This document shows, piece after piece, positions 25,195-38,040 of a DNA stretch of 64,000 nucleotides (within the stretch, counting starts at the first letter, position 1; every line of letters starts with the position of its first letter). The stretch is from Mobula hypostoma. Taxonomy: Eukaryota. Below the pieces are notes generated by a model that searched no databases, had not been told where the DNA came from, and saw only the letters and a program-made list of their open reading frames with translations. The position numbers were made by a program, and so were the translations under genes. The DNA lies in the NCBI RefSeq assembly GCF_963921235.1, contig NC_086097.1, forward strand, positions 140,556,001 through 140,620,000, written 5' to 3'.

Positions 25195-26020
25195 TCAGAA
25201 TCGGAATCAGGTTTATTATCATCGGCATGTGACGTGAAATTTGTTAACTTAGCAGCAGCAGTTCAATGCAATACATAATCTAGCAGAGAAAAAAAAATTT
25301 TAAAAAAATAATAAATAAATCAATTATGTATATTGAATGGATTTTTTAAAAAATGTGCAAAGACAGAAATACTGAATATTTAAAAAACAAGTGAGGTAGT
25401 GTCCAAAGATTCAATGTCCATTTAGGAATCGGATGGCAGAGGGGAAGAAGCTGTTCCTGAATCACAGAGTGTGTGCCTTCAGGCTTCTGTACCTCCTACC
25501 TGATGGTAACAGTGAGAAAAGGGCATGCTCTGGGTGCTGGAGGTCCTTGATAATGGACGATGCCTTTCTGACACACTGCTCCCTAAAGGTGTCCTGGATA
25601 CTTTGTAGGCTAGTACCCAAGATGGAGCTGACTAGATTTACAACCTTCTGCAACTTCTTTTGGTCCTGTGCAGTAGCCCCTCCATACCAGACAGTGATGC
25701 AGCCTGTCAGAACGCTCTCCATGGTACAACTATAGAAGTTTTTGAGTGTATTTGTTGACATGCCAAATCTCATCAAACTCCTAATGAAGTATAGCCACTG
25801 TCTTGCCTTCTTTATAATTACATTGATATGGTGGGACCAGGTTAGATCCTCAGAGATCTTGAAACCGAGGAACTTGAAGCTGCTCACTCTCTCTACTTCT
25901 GATCCCTCTGAGGATTGGTATGTGTTCCTTCGTCTTACCCTTCCTGAAGTCCACAATCAGCTCTTTCATCTTACTGACGTTGAGTGTCAGGTTGTTGCTG
26001 CGGCACCATTCCACTAGTTG
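25195..26020 (-). mobile_element. Rex/Babar-type LINE 3' fragment with (tcagaa)n tail
   Basis: VSSFKFLGFKISEDLTWS...ESVLTGCITVWYG...LLPSGRRYRS; the same tail recurs at 53890-54120. Confidence 0.85.
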
Positions 26021-26126
26021 GGATATCGCACTTGTCTGAGTTAAATTCTGTCAGTCATTCCTTTGCCCTCTTTCAAGTCAATTAATCATAGCTGGGAAAG
26101 AAATACGTATTCCAAAATGAAGTGAA

Positions 26127-26775
26127 TTTAGATTAGATTAGATTATGAGTACACTCAGTCCTCGTGTATTGTCATTTAGAAATGCATGCATGCATTAAGA
26201 AATGATACAATGTTCCTCCAGAGACATTTCACAAAAAAAACGGGACAAACCAAAGACTAACACTGACAAGACCACATAATTATAACATATAGTTACAGCA
26301 GTGCAAAGCAATACCATAATTTGATAAAGAGCAGACCATGGGAACAGTTAAAAAAAAGTCTAAGTGCCGATCAACTCCCGACAGTCCCCGATAGCAGGCG
26401 GCAGAAGGGAGGAACTGTCTCTGCCATAAACCTCCGGGCACCGATAACTGTCGATGCATTGGAAGCACCCGACCCAGCCAACTCTGAGCCCGTCTGAAAA
26501 CTTCAAGCCTCCAACCAGCCCTTCAGCACCGAGCACCATCTCTGCCGAGCGCTTCAACCCCGTCCCGGCTGCCAAGCCGCAAGCAAAGCCGAGGATTCGA
26601 GGCTTTCCCCTCTGCAGATTCAGGATCACACAGTAACAGCGGCAGTGAAAAAGGCATTTCAGAAGTTTCTCCAGATGTTCCTCCGTTCTCTCACGTCTGT
26701 CTCCATCAAATCAGAATTGTGCACGGCACCCTACTTGACAGATTACAGATATCATTCACCGGAGTGGACACGCAA
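26127..26775 (-). mobile_element. About 630-bp non-coding retroposon with (attag)n tail, family copy 1
   Basis: Homologous to 32372-32989, 52974-53598 and the split plus-strand copy at 52636-53790. Confidence 0.75.
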
Positions 26776-27294
26776 GAACTTGCACTTTTTGTGGAGTGAA
26801 CACAATATATTTTGCTTCGTGTAGTAATTATAACAGATCATTTGACGTGTTGGTGTAAAAACTGGAGCATCATGGTGTATCCTGAACAATCAAAAGCATT
26901 CTATAGTAAGTTTAATGTTGTTTCCTGAATATATGAGGCATATTTTAACCATCAGAAGCTGCTGCAAATGTTAAAAAGTATATTGAAGTGTCAACTGCCT
27001 TGGAACCTGAATTGCTTTTATGTAGAGATATTGGTTCATAAAAAAGAGTTAGAGAATTAATGAATGTTATCTCTGATCCCCTGTCCTGTATAACTATCTT
27101 TAATTTTCAGCCTTTATTTTAAACCTATTTGCTGCTTTTTCTTGTAATTTGCTAGTAGCAAGAATTTCACAAGGTAGTTTATCATTTAATTTGGTGCACT
27201 TAGGTTAAACTTTGACTATGAAATAAGTTCCTGAAATTAAAGGGAACTTGAATATGGATGCTTTCACCAAACCGCATAGAAATATAGTAGTATA

Positions 27295-27890
27295 CAAGAG
27301 ATTCTGCAGGTGCTGGAATTCCAAAGTAACACACGCCTCATCCTGGAGGAAATCTGCAGGTCAGGACGCATATTTGGAGAGGAATAAACAGTCGAAGTTT
27401 CGGGCCAAGAACCTTCATCGGGACTGGAAAGTAAGGGAGAGGGAACCAGAATGAGAAGGTTGGGTGAGGTGATATGTGAAGCCAGGTGAGGGAGAAGGTG
27501 GGTGGGAGGGTGGGGTAGAGGTATAAAGTGATAGGTAGAAAAGGTAAAAGGCGAAAGAAAAATGAATCAGATAGAGGAGTGTGGACCATGGGAGAAGGGG
27601 AAGGAGGAGGGGCACCCAGAGGGAGGTGAGAAAAAGTGGGGTAAGAGGGGATCTTAAATGTGGAATGGAAAAAAGACAAAAGGAGAACAGGGAGGAAATT
27701 ACCAGAAGTTTGAAAAATCGATGTTCATGCCATCAGGTTGGAGGCTACCCAGACAGAATATGAAGTGTTGCTCCTCCAGTCTGAGAGTGGCAGTAGAGGA
27801 GGCCATGGACTGACATGTCAGAATGGAAATTGGAAATAGAACTAAAATGGGTGGCTACTGGGTAACCTGGCCTGTTGCGGATGGAGTGAA
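27295..27890 (-). mobile_element. Penelope-like element 3' fragment
   Basis: Minus strand encodes the LEEQH.IF.LGSLQPDGMNIDF C-terminus, then a pyrimidine-rich tract and hammerhead-like motif. Confidence 0.8.
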
Positions 27891-28107
27891 GGTATATTTA
27901 GGTTTCATTGAGTTCCTAATTTCTTCACATATTATTTAGCAGTCTTATCTGCTATGATTTAATCATGTGACACATTGTTATATTTCACATGTGAGATATC
28001 TAATGAGTAGTGTAAAACTGCATAAAAGATGATGATTTAAGACGTTTTTATCCAAGCTACTTCTTCCTGTGTGACCATAGTACCCACTGTAATTTTGCTT
28101 CTCACAG

Positions 28108-28206
28108 ATGCCAGAGTTCCAGAAGAAAACTGTCCATATTAGGAATCCTGAAAGGGTAGAGGAAATCATATGTGGTCTCATTAAAGGAGGAGCATCAAAA
28201 CTTCAG
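28108..28206 (+). CDS. NT5C3A: NT5C3A exon [33 protein letters not shown]
   Basis: Acceptor ctcacag|ATG, donor CAG|gtaagc, 99 nt. Confidence 0.95.
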
Positions 28207-31200
28207 GTAAGCAATCTATCTACCAGCTAAGATTAAGGAGTTACAGAGCAGAGTTAGACATGGGTTTTCCTTTGAGCAGAGAAGAATTTAACAGAACAGA
28301 TCAAAATAGTGTGGGGGTTTTGATAGAATAAATTGGGGAAAATGTTTCCACTGGCAGAAGGATTGGTGGGTGCTTCATTTTGAAGTATTAGATATTTATA
28401 TTTCATATTTTAAAATCAAATAAAAGTTTAACAGCTATAATCTGACTATATTTTCAGTCACCATCACCCAGGCTTTTCGTGTAGTGTGTTGGGAATCTTG
28501 ATTGTTAAATTTTGAGATACTGTATTCAGTGTCATGGTAACTTGAGTAACATTGAGTAAGTATCTAGAATGTCCATGCCCCAGGTCTGACTGTATCTGTG
28601 AAACAAGGAAGAGGGTCAGTGACCTTGCCAGCTCTGATATAAACTGGAAAGGTGCTTTCTATAATTCAGGACTCAAATGATTGAGCCCTGATGAAGGATG
28701 TCAACTGCTTACTCTTCCATAGACACTGCCTGGCCTGCTGAGTTCCTCCAGCATTTTGTGTGTGTTGCTTCTGTAATTTTTGCTAGCTTGGTGTATTTTT
28801 GTTATGCTTTATGCCCATTTGTGTGAACAATATAATGTGATGTAATTACTTTATTTTTTTAAAATAATTTTGAGCAGATAATCACGGATTTTGATATGAC
28901 GCTGAGCAAGTTCTTACATAACGGAAAAAGATGTTCAACCTGTCACAGTAGGTATTTTTGTATATTAGTCACATTGGTGGAAAAAGTCTGCAACCATAAA
29001 TTCTGGAGCCATCACCTTATTGATGCCAACTTTTTACTGAATGGCAGTATTCATCATCATCCAGAAATCTGTTGATTCAAATTTTCAAAATCTGCTTCCT
29101 GGTGCTGTTGTATCACGGTTCTTAAATCTTGTCAATGTTGTGTGGTAAATACTATACATTGTAACTATTTGTTGAACCTCTTAATCAGTTTTATTTTCTT
29201 ATTTCTTTAGAACTTAAGAGGAGGCCATTAGGCCCATTGAGTCTGTATCAACTTCCAAAGAAACCCTATCAGTCATATTCCTCCACTCACTTGCAATAAT
29301 CTCTTCTTTCTCATGTGCCTGATGACTCCCAGCAATTCTACCACCCCCTTCCACTAGAGGAAAATTCCAGTAGTCAATTAATCCACCAGCATTTCTTTGG
29401 GATATGGGAGGGGAAACAGATTACAATCACAGGAACTGCAGAGTTTCAAAGGTCAGGATTAAATCCAGGTCACTGGAGCTGCGTAACAGCAGCCCCAGCT
29501 GTTAAATCACTATGTAACACATGCTGACTTGCAGTAATTTACTTTGTATTATGAAGTGTATTGAGTTTTACCTCATTTTAAACTTTTCAGATTAATGGTT
29601 ATTTTGTCCATCTGTTTGAAAACTTCAATATCCACCTCTGCAGTTGTGTCCCTGCATGGATAGAATGTTTTTGATCAATATGCAGGTACAGACAATGATG
29701 ACATTGCTGGGGATACTTATCAACCTTTCTCCAGCTTTACGTCATTTGGCAACTGCTATTTTGCATCATTGGCCAAGGAGGGGGCTGAACACATCACCAC
29801 ACAGCCTCTCTGTGTCCACTGCTCTCAGATGTATGGACTTTTGTACATTGATATTAAAGATATTGGTAACCTGTGATCATATGACAGCTGGGCATTTTGA
29901 CCTTATAAAACAAGATTATTTTGCCATACAACTGATAGTTGGTAAAGGCATAGTAATACAGCTGCAACTCTTATCAACTTGAGTACATTCCTGACCTTTA
30001 TTGGTGTCTGATTGGAGTTTACCCAGGTCCGACAGTGTCCTCCCACGTCACAAAGACATGGAGGCTGGTAGCAGTACACTGTCCTACTATGTAGATTGAT
30101 CCTCCAGATTCTACCACTCACCAACTCACTAAGGGCTGATGACAAAAGTGTGGACAGAATGGCTTATGGAGAAAATTAGTGAGCAAAGGAGATGACACTT
30201 GTGAGCCATATGTTCTAAGGAAATTATTATTTGAATTATGCAATTAATTTTTGCTACATACTGCTAAACAGTAATATTCGTTCATCATTTTTTAAATTTT
30301 GACAGACGTCATTGACAACTGCAAGTTAATCACAGAGGAATGTAGGAAGAAGGTACTCCTTTCAACCAAAAACATCATTTTCTTTCCCATTGGGTTTATT
30401 TTTCAAATTTTATTTATGTTTTTTTTTTCATTCTTGCAGTTGCTGCAGATTAGAAACAAATACTATCCAATTGAAGTTGATCCCAGCATTAGCACTGAGG
30501 AAAAATACCCTTTCATGGTGGAATGGTAAGTGCTCGGTTTTCATCCTGTATGAGTTGAATCTGAGAATGTGGTTATACCTTCAACTAATACTAATCCTGA
30601 TAAATGATGACTCTGGATAAGAATAAACTACACAAAACAGTACTTCTGCGTAGCATTTTCTGTCATTTAGTTTTGGCACTTGGGTAATGCTGGTAAGATT
30701 ACAGTTATAGTTTTCACCTTGATGTTCAGTCTTATTCTAAAGATGTGGTGGTCTTTACTGATAGTGAATGACCAGCCAGGATACGTCGGAGTATTACTAG
30801 TTCATGGAATTTTGTAAATATAACCACAACATCCTCGATCCGAGCTACAAATCTTTACCAACATCTTAAATAACCTCACCTTGTATGAACATGCAGTTTT
30901 GGCCTAAGTAGAGATATCAGTTTAAAGTTGTACTTCACATATTATAATATAGTTGTCTATATTATCACTCTCTGATTTTTTTTCCTTGTAAAAAGCTAGG
31001 ATTTATTGGAAGTAAATTCTGCTTTATGTATTTCTCTTGAGCTGTCATAACTTACTCTAGCTTGCAGAATTTTGGTCAGTGTTTCTCTATGGTGTCTCTA
31101 AACTTAACAGGATACTATCTTAGGAATGTCTGACTATCTCCTCCTTGCCCCAAGCAATGATCAGTAGCAACCCACTGCCTTTGGGGAGATTCCCTTTGGG

Positions 31201-34200
31201 AGGATTGGAATCCAAATCTGATCACTGTATTCATGACCCAGTAATAACAATGGATATACAATTAAATCATTGAGGGAAGATGTGTGTTTTGTTTGAATCC
31301 TGTTTTGATGCGGGTGGTACTGGAGAGCTCAGCACTTATTGGTTTACTGGACATTTTGAAGGGCCGATAAGAGTTGGCCATATTTGTGTGTATGGATTCA
31401 CTGGCAAATCAGATTAAGTTTAGTAGCGCAAGTACAGTGCCCCACAAGTTAGTATTAATTCAGTTCCATGTGTTGATTTTCTTATGCTCATTTTCAGTGA
31501 GAGCTCCATTTAGTGACTGGATTGGAAACTAGTGTTTGTATGTTGAACTTACTGGTCACACAAGGTATATAATCCTTAATATGCTCAACATCAAAGATTG
31601 TATCAGTTTTTTAATGTAGGGAAAGAAGATTGCAATCATCTTTAAATTATTTTTTGAATACTAATCTATGTTATGAGCCGACTAAATAAATACCTTGAGG
31701 TTCATTATTTACACTTTTATGTGGAAAAGAGTATCCTTATAAAAAGGCAGAAGTAATTCTCTTGAGTTTTCTGGTTTTTATGTATTTCTGGTAACGAACA
31801 TCTGACTGAAAATTTTCTGTGTATAGGTGGACAAAATCTCACACCTTATTGATTGAACAAGGAATTCAGAAAGAGAAATTGGCTGCGGTGGTGAGGGAAT
31901 CGGATGTGGTTCTGAGGTACTGGGGGGTTTTGGATTAAGTACCGGGTATAGTCTGTGATTCTCATAGATGTAAATAACAGGACTTGTTCAACAACGCACA
32001 CAAATAGCTGGAGAAACTCAGCAGGCCAGGCAGCATCCATGGAAAAAAGTACAGTTGACGTTTCAGACTGAGACCCTTCATCAAGACTGAAGAAAAAAAG
32101 ATGAGTAATTTAAAAGGTGAGGTGAGGGGAGAGAGAAACACAAAGTGATAGGTGAAACCCGGGAAGGGGGGGTGTTGGAGGTGAAGTAAAGAGCTGGGAA
32201 GTTGATTGGTGAAAGTGGTACAGGGTTGGAGAAGGAGGAATCTAATGGGAGAGGACAGAAGGCAGAAAGAAAAGGGGGAGGAGTACCACAGGGAGATGAT
32301 GGGCAGCGAGGAGGTAAGATTAAAGAGGGAAAAGGGGAGGGGGAATGGTGAAGGATATGTGAGAGGGTATTTTAGATTATGAAGACACGTAGTCCCCTTT
32401 TATTGTCATTTAGTAATGCATGCATTAAGAAATGATACATTATTTCCTCCGGTGTGATATCACAAAACACAGGACAAACCAAGACTGAACAAACTGACAA
32501 AACCACATAATTATACATATAGTTACAACAGTGCAACAGTACCATAACTTGATGAAGTCTGTGAGCACAGTAAAGTTCAAAGTTTCTCAAATGTCCCACA
32601 TCTCACGCAGACGGGAGAGGGAAGAAAAAACTCTCCCTGCCATGCCGACCACAATCTGACTCTGAGTCATCTGAAAACTTCGAGCTCTGATCAGCTTTCT
32701 GACACCGAGTACTGAGCGCCATCTCTGTCCAAGCAATTCGACCTCTTTCTCGGTCGCCAAAAGCAGGCAAGGCCGGGGTTTTGAGGCCTATTCTCCGAAA
32801 GATTCCCGACCACACAGTAACGACAGCAGCGGATGGGCGTTTCAGAAATTTCTCCAGATGTTCCTCTGTGCTTTCACGTCTATCTCCATCAAATCAGAAA
32901 TTGTCCATGGCCCCTATTTAACAGATACGACATCATTTTTCACCGGAGAGCTGCACACGCGTGGTGCACTGCCATCTTCTCCTCCCGCCATTTAACCTGA
33001 AGTTCGAGAAATCGATGTTCATGCCATTAGGTTGGAGGCTACCGAGGTGTTGTTCCGCCAACCTGAGTGTGGCCTCATCATGACACTGGGAGATTCCGCT
33101 TCTTCTGGTGGACGGAGCACGTGTGCTCGGCAGAGCAGTCTCCCAATCTACATTGGGTCTAACCGGGAGCACCAGACACAGTACACGACCCCAACAGACT
33201 CTCAAGTGAAGTGTCATGGTAGTGAGAGAGGAGGTATAGGGGCAAGTGTAGCACTTATTCCACTTGCAAGGATAAGTGCCAGGAGGGAAATCAGTGGGGA
33301 GGAGCGAATGGACAGGGGAGTTCAGTTAGGGAACAGTTCCCGCGAAAAGCAGGAAGTGGGGGGAGGGAGAGATGTGCTTGGGATGGGATCCCATTGGAGA
33401 TGGTGGACGTTCTGGAGAATTATTTGCTGGACGAGGAGGCTGCTGGGGTGGTAGGTGAGGACAAGAGGAACCCTATCCCTGGAAGGGTAGCAGGAGAATG
33501 GGGTGAATGAAATTGAAGAGATGCGATTGGGGGCAGCGTTGATGATGGAGGAAGGGAAGCCCCTTTGAAAGAGGAGGACATCTCCAGCATTTTGTATGTG
33601 TTGCTTGGATTTCCAGCATTTGCAGCTTTTCTCCCGTTTGTGATGATTTGGATTAAACTTGGTTTGAGGTCTGTAATGTAAAATGTATTGTGGTTTTGCA
33701 GGGATGGTTATGAGGTGTTTTTCGACAAACTGAATGAACACAACATCCCAGTGTTCATTTTTTCAGCTGGTATTGGTGATGTGCTGGAAGAGGTAATTTC
33801 TCAGGGCGGGGTCTTCCACTCCAATGTGAAAGTAGTCTCCAACTTCATGGATTTTGATGAGAAGGTAAGTTGTTGACCTTGATACTTATTTCATTGTGCT
33901 ACGAATTATAGTTCAGACACAACTGTCATGTTGAAGGGGGAGTTGGGTTTCTAGAAAACAGTGTATCACAATTTCCTATAACATGAGACCACATAATTTA
34001 TGCATGCATCAAGAAATACAAGTTGGAGGAAAAGTATTTTCTTTTTTTCCTGTAAATGCCCCAAACTTGTGGACAAATTTCTGTTAAAAGAATTGTCATA
34101 ACACCACACTAGATGTTTGAATCTGATCAACTGAATTATAATGTTAATTGACCATAGTTTCTTCTAGTTGGTAACAGCATGTATATTTTGCTACATATGA

Positions 34201-34950
34201 GGTCATGATAAGTGAAATTTTTGATGTCAGCTGCAAGAAAGCCACTTAATGGGGTAACCACAGTAACTTATCATTTATGTTTCAGGGAGTCCTGAAAGGC
34301 TTTAAAGGTGAACTCATCCATGTTTATAATAAACACGATGGAGCCTTGAAGAGCTCTGAGTACTTCAACAAACTGAAGGACAATTGTAACATCATTCTTC
34401 TGGGAGATTCGTTGGGTGACTTGAGTATGGCAGATGGTGTTCAAAATATTGAGAGCATACTCAAGATTGGATTCTTGAATGATAAGGTAATAAAGTTTTT
34501 GATGTTGGAGATTGTAGAGAACTGTAGAATTTTACCATATGTGTGCCTTTTGCACTAATTAAGCAACCCAAGCAGCTAGTATCAGTGGAATGCCAATGAG
34601 CCACTGATTCTAATGTCTGATGTGGCAATTTTAGACATAATTTCATTACCATTCATGTTGTGTGCTATTGACCAAGGTGGACTATCACTAGAAATATTCA
34701 GAAGCCATTTTCTTTGGGAGATATGGTCATTGTAAAGCAAATTGCCAAGTACTACTTCTTTAGATTGTTATTTATTCCCGTTTATGTCACATGGTAATTT
34801 AGTAGCACCTGAACGGCTCTAAACTCAACTCTTTTTCAACATGCATAGGTGGAAGAAAGTTTAGAGAAGTACGTGGACTCCTATGATATTGTACTGGTGG
34901 GTGACGAAACATTGGATCTAGTCAACGCTATCCTTCAGAAGATACTGTGA
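28108..34950 (+). CDS. NT5C3A: Cytosolic 5'-nucleotidase 3A (pyrimidine 5'-nucleotidase); join(28108-28206,28878-28947,30306-30352,30440-30525,31827-31916,33702-33864,34286-34486,34849-34950)
   Basis: Eight GT-AG bounded exons of 99/70/47/86/90/163/201/102 nt sum to 858 nt (285 aa + TGA) with compatible phases. HAD motifs DFDMT, FSAG, NKH and GDSLGD are present. The start [28 protein letters not shown] resembles NT5C3A rather than NT5C3B. It lies next to FKBP9 as in mammals. Confidence 0.95.
28878..28947 (+). CDS. NT5C3A: NT5C3A exon [23 protein letters not shown] (HAD motif I)
   Basis: gagcag|ATA ... CACA|gtaggt, 70 nt, DxDxT catalytic motif. Confidence 0.95.
30306..30352 (+). CDS. NT5C3A: NT5C3A exon (N)[15 protein letters not shown]
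   Basis: gacag|AC ... AAG|gtactc, 47 nt. Confidence 0.93.
30440..30525 (+). CDS. NT5C3A: NT5C3A exon [28 protein letters not shown](W)
   Basis: ttcttgcag|TTG ... TG|gtaagt, 86 nt. Confidence 0.94.
31827..31916 (+). CDS. NT5C3A: NT5C3A exon [29 protein letters not shown](R)
   Basis: gtatag|G ... AG|gtactg, 90 nt. Confidence 0.93.
31990..33640 (-). mobile_element. Penelope-like element (linker, GIY-YIG remnant, 3' end), interrupted at 32372-32989, with short inverted terminal copy at 33580-33640
   Basis: [35 protein letters not shown] (endonuclease region), [22 protein letters not shown]. Confidence 0.8.
32372..32989 (-). mobile_element. About 620-bp non-coding retroposon, family copy 2, nested in a Penelope element
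   Basis: Tail tagattatgaagacac; 5' end ggcgggaggagaagatggc on the minus strand; Penelope sequence resumes on both sides. Confidence 0.8.
33702..33864 (+). CDS. NT5C3A: NT5C3A exon [10 protein letters not shown]...FIFSAGIGD...[10 protein letters not shown] (HAD motif II)
   Basis: ttttgcag|G ... AAG|gtaagt, 163 nt. Confidence 0.95.
34286..34486 (+). CDS. NT5C3A: NT5C3A exon [17 protein letters not shown]...[14 protein letters not shown]...GFLNDK (HAD motifs III/IV)
   Basis: tttcag|GGA ... AAG|gtaata, 201 nt. Confidence 0.95.
34849..34950 (+). CDS. NT5C3A: NT5C3A last coding exon [33 protein letters not shown]
   Basis: gcatag|GTG, stop TGA at 34948-34950. Confidence 0.95.
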   Translation: MEESLEKYVDSYDIVLVGDETLDLVNAILQKIL

Positions 34951-35721
34951 ATGGAGGACTGAAGTTTCCAGGGAACTTAGAGCTGAAATACTCTTCTAAC
35001 TTTTTGTTTCATTGCTCAAACTATTTATTGAAAGTGCCCCTGTTCTTCAACACCCTGATCTGAACAATGTTTGTATTTTTAAAATCTGAACTTGGCAAAT
35101 GAATGTGTCCTCCAATGAATGAAGAGAATTTTAGCATTTCTTAAGTCAGTTAGCCACTCATGGAATTGGGTCAGTAAAAGCCTGCTTCAGAGATTTAGAC
35201 TACCTCCAGGCTTCTTGGTATAAATTTTTTCTCTAGCATTTGAAAAAGATTACATTGATGAGTATTGTGTGCTTGGCTTATTGAACTCCAAATTGCCCAC
35301 GTGTACTCACAAATTGTTTTGTCTATACAATGAGTATTAGACTGTTTTAAGTTAATTGTTTTCAAAACATTTCGTAGTTGTAGATAATTCTGAGGATACT
35401 TGTGTTTATTTGGCCAGACCGGTTTATTATTATTTTGCATTATCTGTTTATTTTTAAATGAATTATGTAGATACAAAAATGTATGGAAAATTAAACTAGT
35501 GAAAAGTACTATCTTAATACGATCGAGTTTCTTAATGTTGTTATTGGACTCCTGTAAATTCCAGCACTCTATCATATTTCTAGTTTTCATCCAAGCTTCT
35601 TTTGGAGCTGACAAACTCCTTGCCTTGTGTGATGAGGCCAAAGCTATATTTCAATTAACTGTTAATTTGCATGTGTGTTCGAAGGCAATGGGACAAGAAT
35701 TGACGATAACAAGAGCGAATA

Positions 35722-37318
35722 CAGTGGTGCTAGAAAGTTTGTGAATCCTTTAGAATTTTCTCTATTTCTACATAAATATGATCTAAAATGTGATCAGATC
35801 TTCACACAAGTCCTAAAACTAGATAAAGAGAACCCAATTAAATAACACAAAAAAGTTATATTTATTTACTTATTGAGAAAAATGATCCAATATTACATGT
35901 ATTTGTTGGAAAAAGTATGTGAACCTTTGCTTTCACTAACTGGTGTGACCCCCTTGTACAGCAATAACTTTAACCAAACATTTCCTGTCACTGTTGATCA
36001 GTTCCGCACATCGGTTGGAGGAATTTTAGACCATCCCTCCTTATAAAACTGATTCAACTCTGGGATGTTGGTGGGCTTCCTTGCATGAACTGCTTACTTC
36101 AGGACCTTTCACAACATTTCTAGAGGATTGAGGTCAGGGCTTTGACTCAGCCATTCCAAAATGTGAAATTTTTTCTGATTTAACCGTTCTTTGCTAGACT
36201 GACGTGTGTGTTTAGGATCGTGGTCTTTGCTGCATGACCCACTTTCTCTTGAGCTTCAGTTCACGGTTGGATACCCTGTCATTTTCCTGTAGAATTTGCT
36301 GGAACAATTCTGAATTCATAGTTCCCTCAATGATGGCAAGCTGTCCTGGTCCCAAGGCAGCAAAGCAGGACCTAACCATGACACTGCCACCACCATATTT
36401 CACAGGTGGGATGAGGTTCTTATACTGGAATGCAGTGTTTGCTTTTTGCCAAACATAATGCTTCTCATTTAAGCCAAAAAGTTCGATCGTGGACTCCTCC
36501 ATCCACAGAACATTTTTCCAACAGCCTTCTGGCTTATCCACATGGTCTTTAGCAAACTTTAGACAGGCAGCAATGTTCTTCTTGGAGAGTAGTGGCTTTC
36601 TTCTTGCAGTCTTGCCATGCACACCATTCTTCAGTGTTTGCCTGATGGTAGGCTCATGAACACTGACATTAGCCAATGCTAGAGAGGCCTGTAGCTCCTT
36701 AGATGTTACCCTGAGGTTCTTTGTGACCTCCTGGAATATTACACGCCTTGCTTTTGGAGTGATTTTTGTTGGTCGGCCACTTCTGGAGCAAGTAACAATG
36801 GTGTTGAATTTCCTCCATTTGTACACCATATGTCTGACTGGACTGGTGGAGCCCAAGCTCTTTAGAAATGGTTTTATATCCTTTTCCAGCCTGGTGAGCA
36901 TCAACAATTTTTTTTTCTGAGGTCCTCAGAAATCCCTTTAATTGGGGTGTGGCACGCTTCCAGAAACCTGTGTGGTGAAGATCAAACTTCAAATAGTAAA
37001 TACCCAGGTTTATGTTCTTCAAGTAGGGCAGGGTCTCACACACTCGCACCTGATTGTCATCCTATTGATTGAAACACTTGACTCTTAATTTCCCCTTTAA
37101 ATGAACTAATAATCCTAGAGGTTCACATACTTTTTCCAACAAATACATGTAATATTGGATCAAATTTCTCAATAAATAAATCAAGTTTAATGTTTTTGTT
37201 ACTTAACTGGGTTCTCTTTAGTTTTAGGACTTGCGTGAAGATCCGATCCCATTTTAGGTCATACTTATGCAAAAATAGAGAAAATTCTAAAGGGTTCACA
37301 AACTTTTTAGCACAATTG
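35722..37318 (-). mobile_element. Second Tc1-family transposon (different family), inactive
   Basis: TA-flanked TIRs of about 200 bp (cagtggtgctagaaagtttgtgaa / ttcacaaactttttagcacaattg); AGKGYKTISK, RSGRPTKIT, ARRKPLL, VKYGGGSVMV; frameshifted. Confidence 0.93.
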
Positions 37319-37399
37319 TATATCCATACCATGCCATTACAGTGTCACCAGCAGCAAAGTGGGCAGTACTTTTGGCTATGAACCAAGAAGTACCGGTGT

Positions 37400-37730
37400 C
37401 ACAATTAGCAAAGTTACTGCTATGCCACCCTAGAAACCCAGGTTCAATCCTGACCTAGGGTGCTGTGTTGCCTCATTCTCCCTGTGACTGCACAGTTTCT
37501 TTTGCTCCGAAGTTTCCTCCTGTGTCCTAAGATGTACACTCTGGTTGGTTAATTGGCCACTGTAAATTGACTCCAGTATAGTTGGATCTGGGGGAAGTTG
37601 ATGAGAACATCTGGAACAGAAGCGGTGGTGCAGGCAGATATGTCTAAGAGGAATATGGATGATGTACAGGCAGAAGAGATTTAGTTAATTTGGCACACGG
37701 GCTGAAGTGCCTGTTCTATGTACAGGATGT
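37400..37730 (+). mobile_element. Degenerate V-domain SINE
   Basis: B-box caggttcaatcc, cattctccctgtgactgc, gtttcctcc, ggttaattggccactgtaaatt. Confidence 0.55.
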
Positions 37731-37829
37731 GGGAAGAATTTTAAAAAAAAACACAAAATTGGTAGTTGATGATTAACATAGACTGATTGAGTTTGGGAAT
37801 CTATTTCCTTGCTGTGTCTCTCTGACTCT

Positions 37830-38040
37830 TTGGATCTGGGTATCAATCCAGACTGGGTCTTCACTGCAGCTCTGGAGAAGTGCTCTGTTGTCAAAGTTGA
37901 TATTTTCCAGAATAAAGCTAAAGCTAAGAGACTATCTCCACTCTTAAGTGGGTGTAAACAGTCCTCTGGCACTGTTTTGAAGAGAAGTATCAGAGTTCTT
38001 TGCAGTATTCTGGCCAATATTTATACACCAGCAAAGATGT
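37830..38040 (+). mobile_element. Ancient Deu-domain SINE-like remnant
   Basis: gtgggtgtaaacagtcctctggcactgttttgaagagaag...ctggccaatatttat resembles the Deu domain as recalled; not aligned. Confidence 0.4.
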
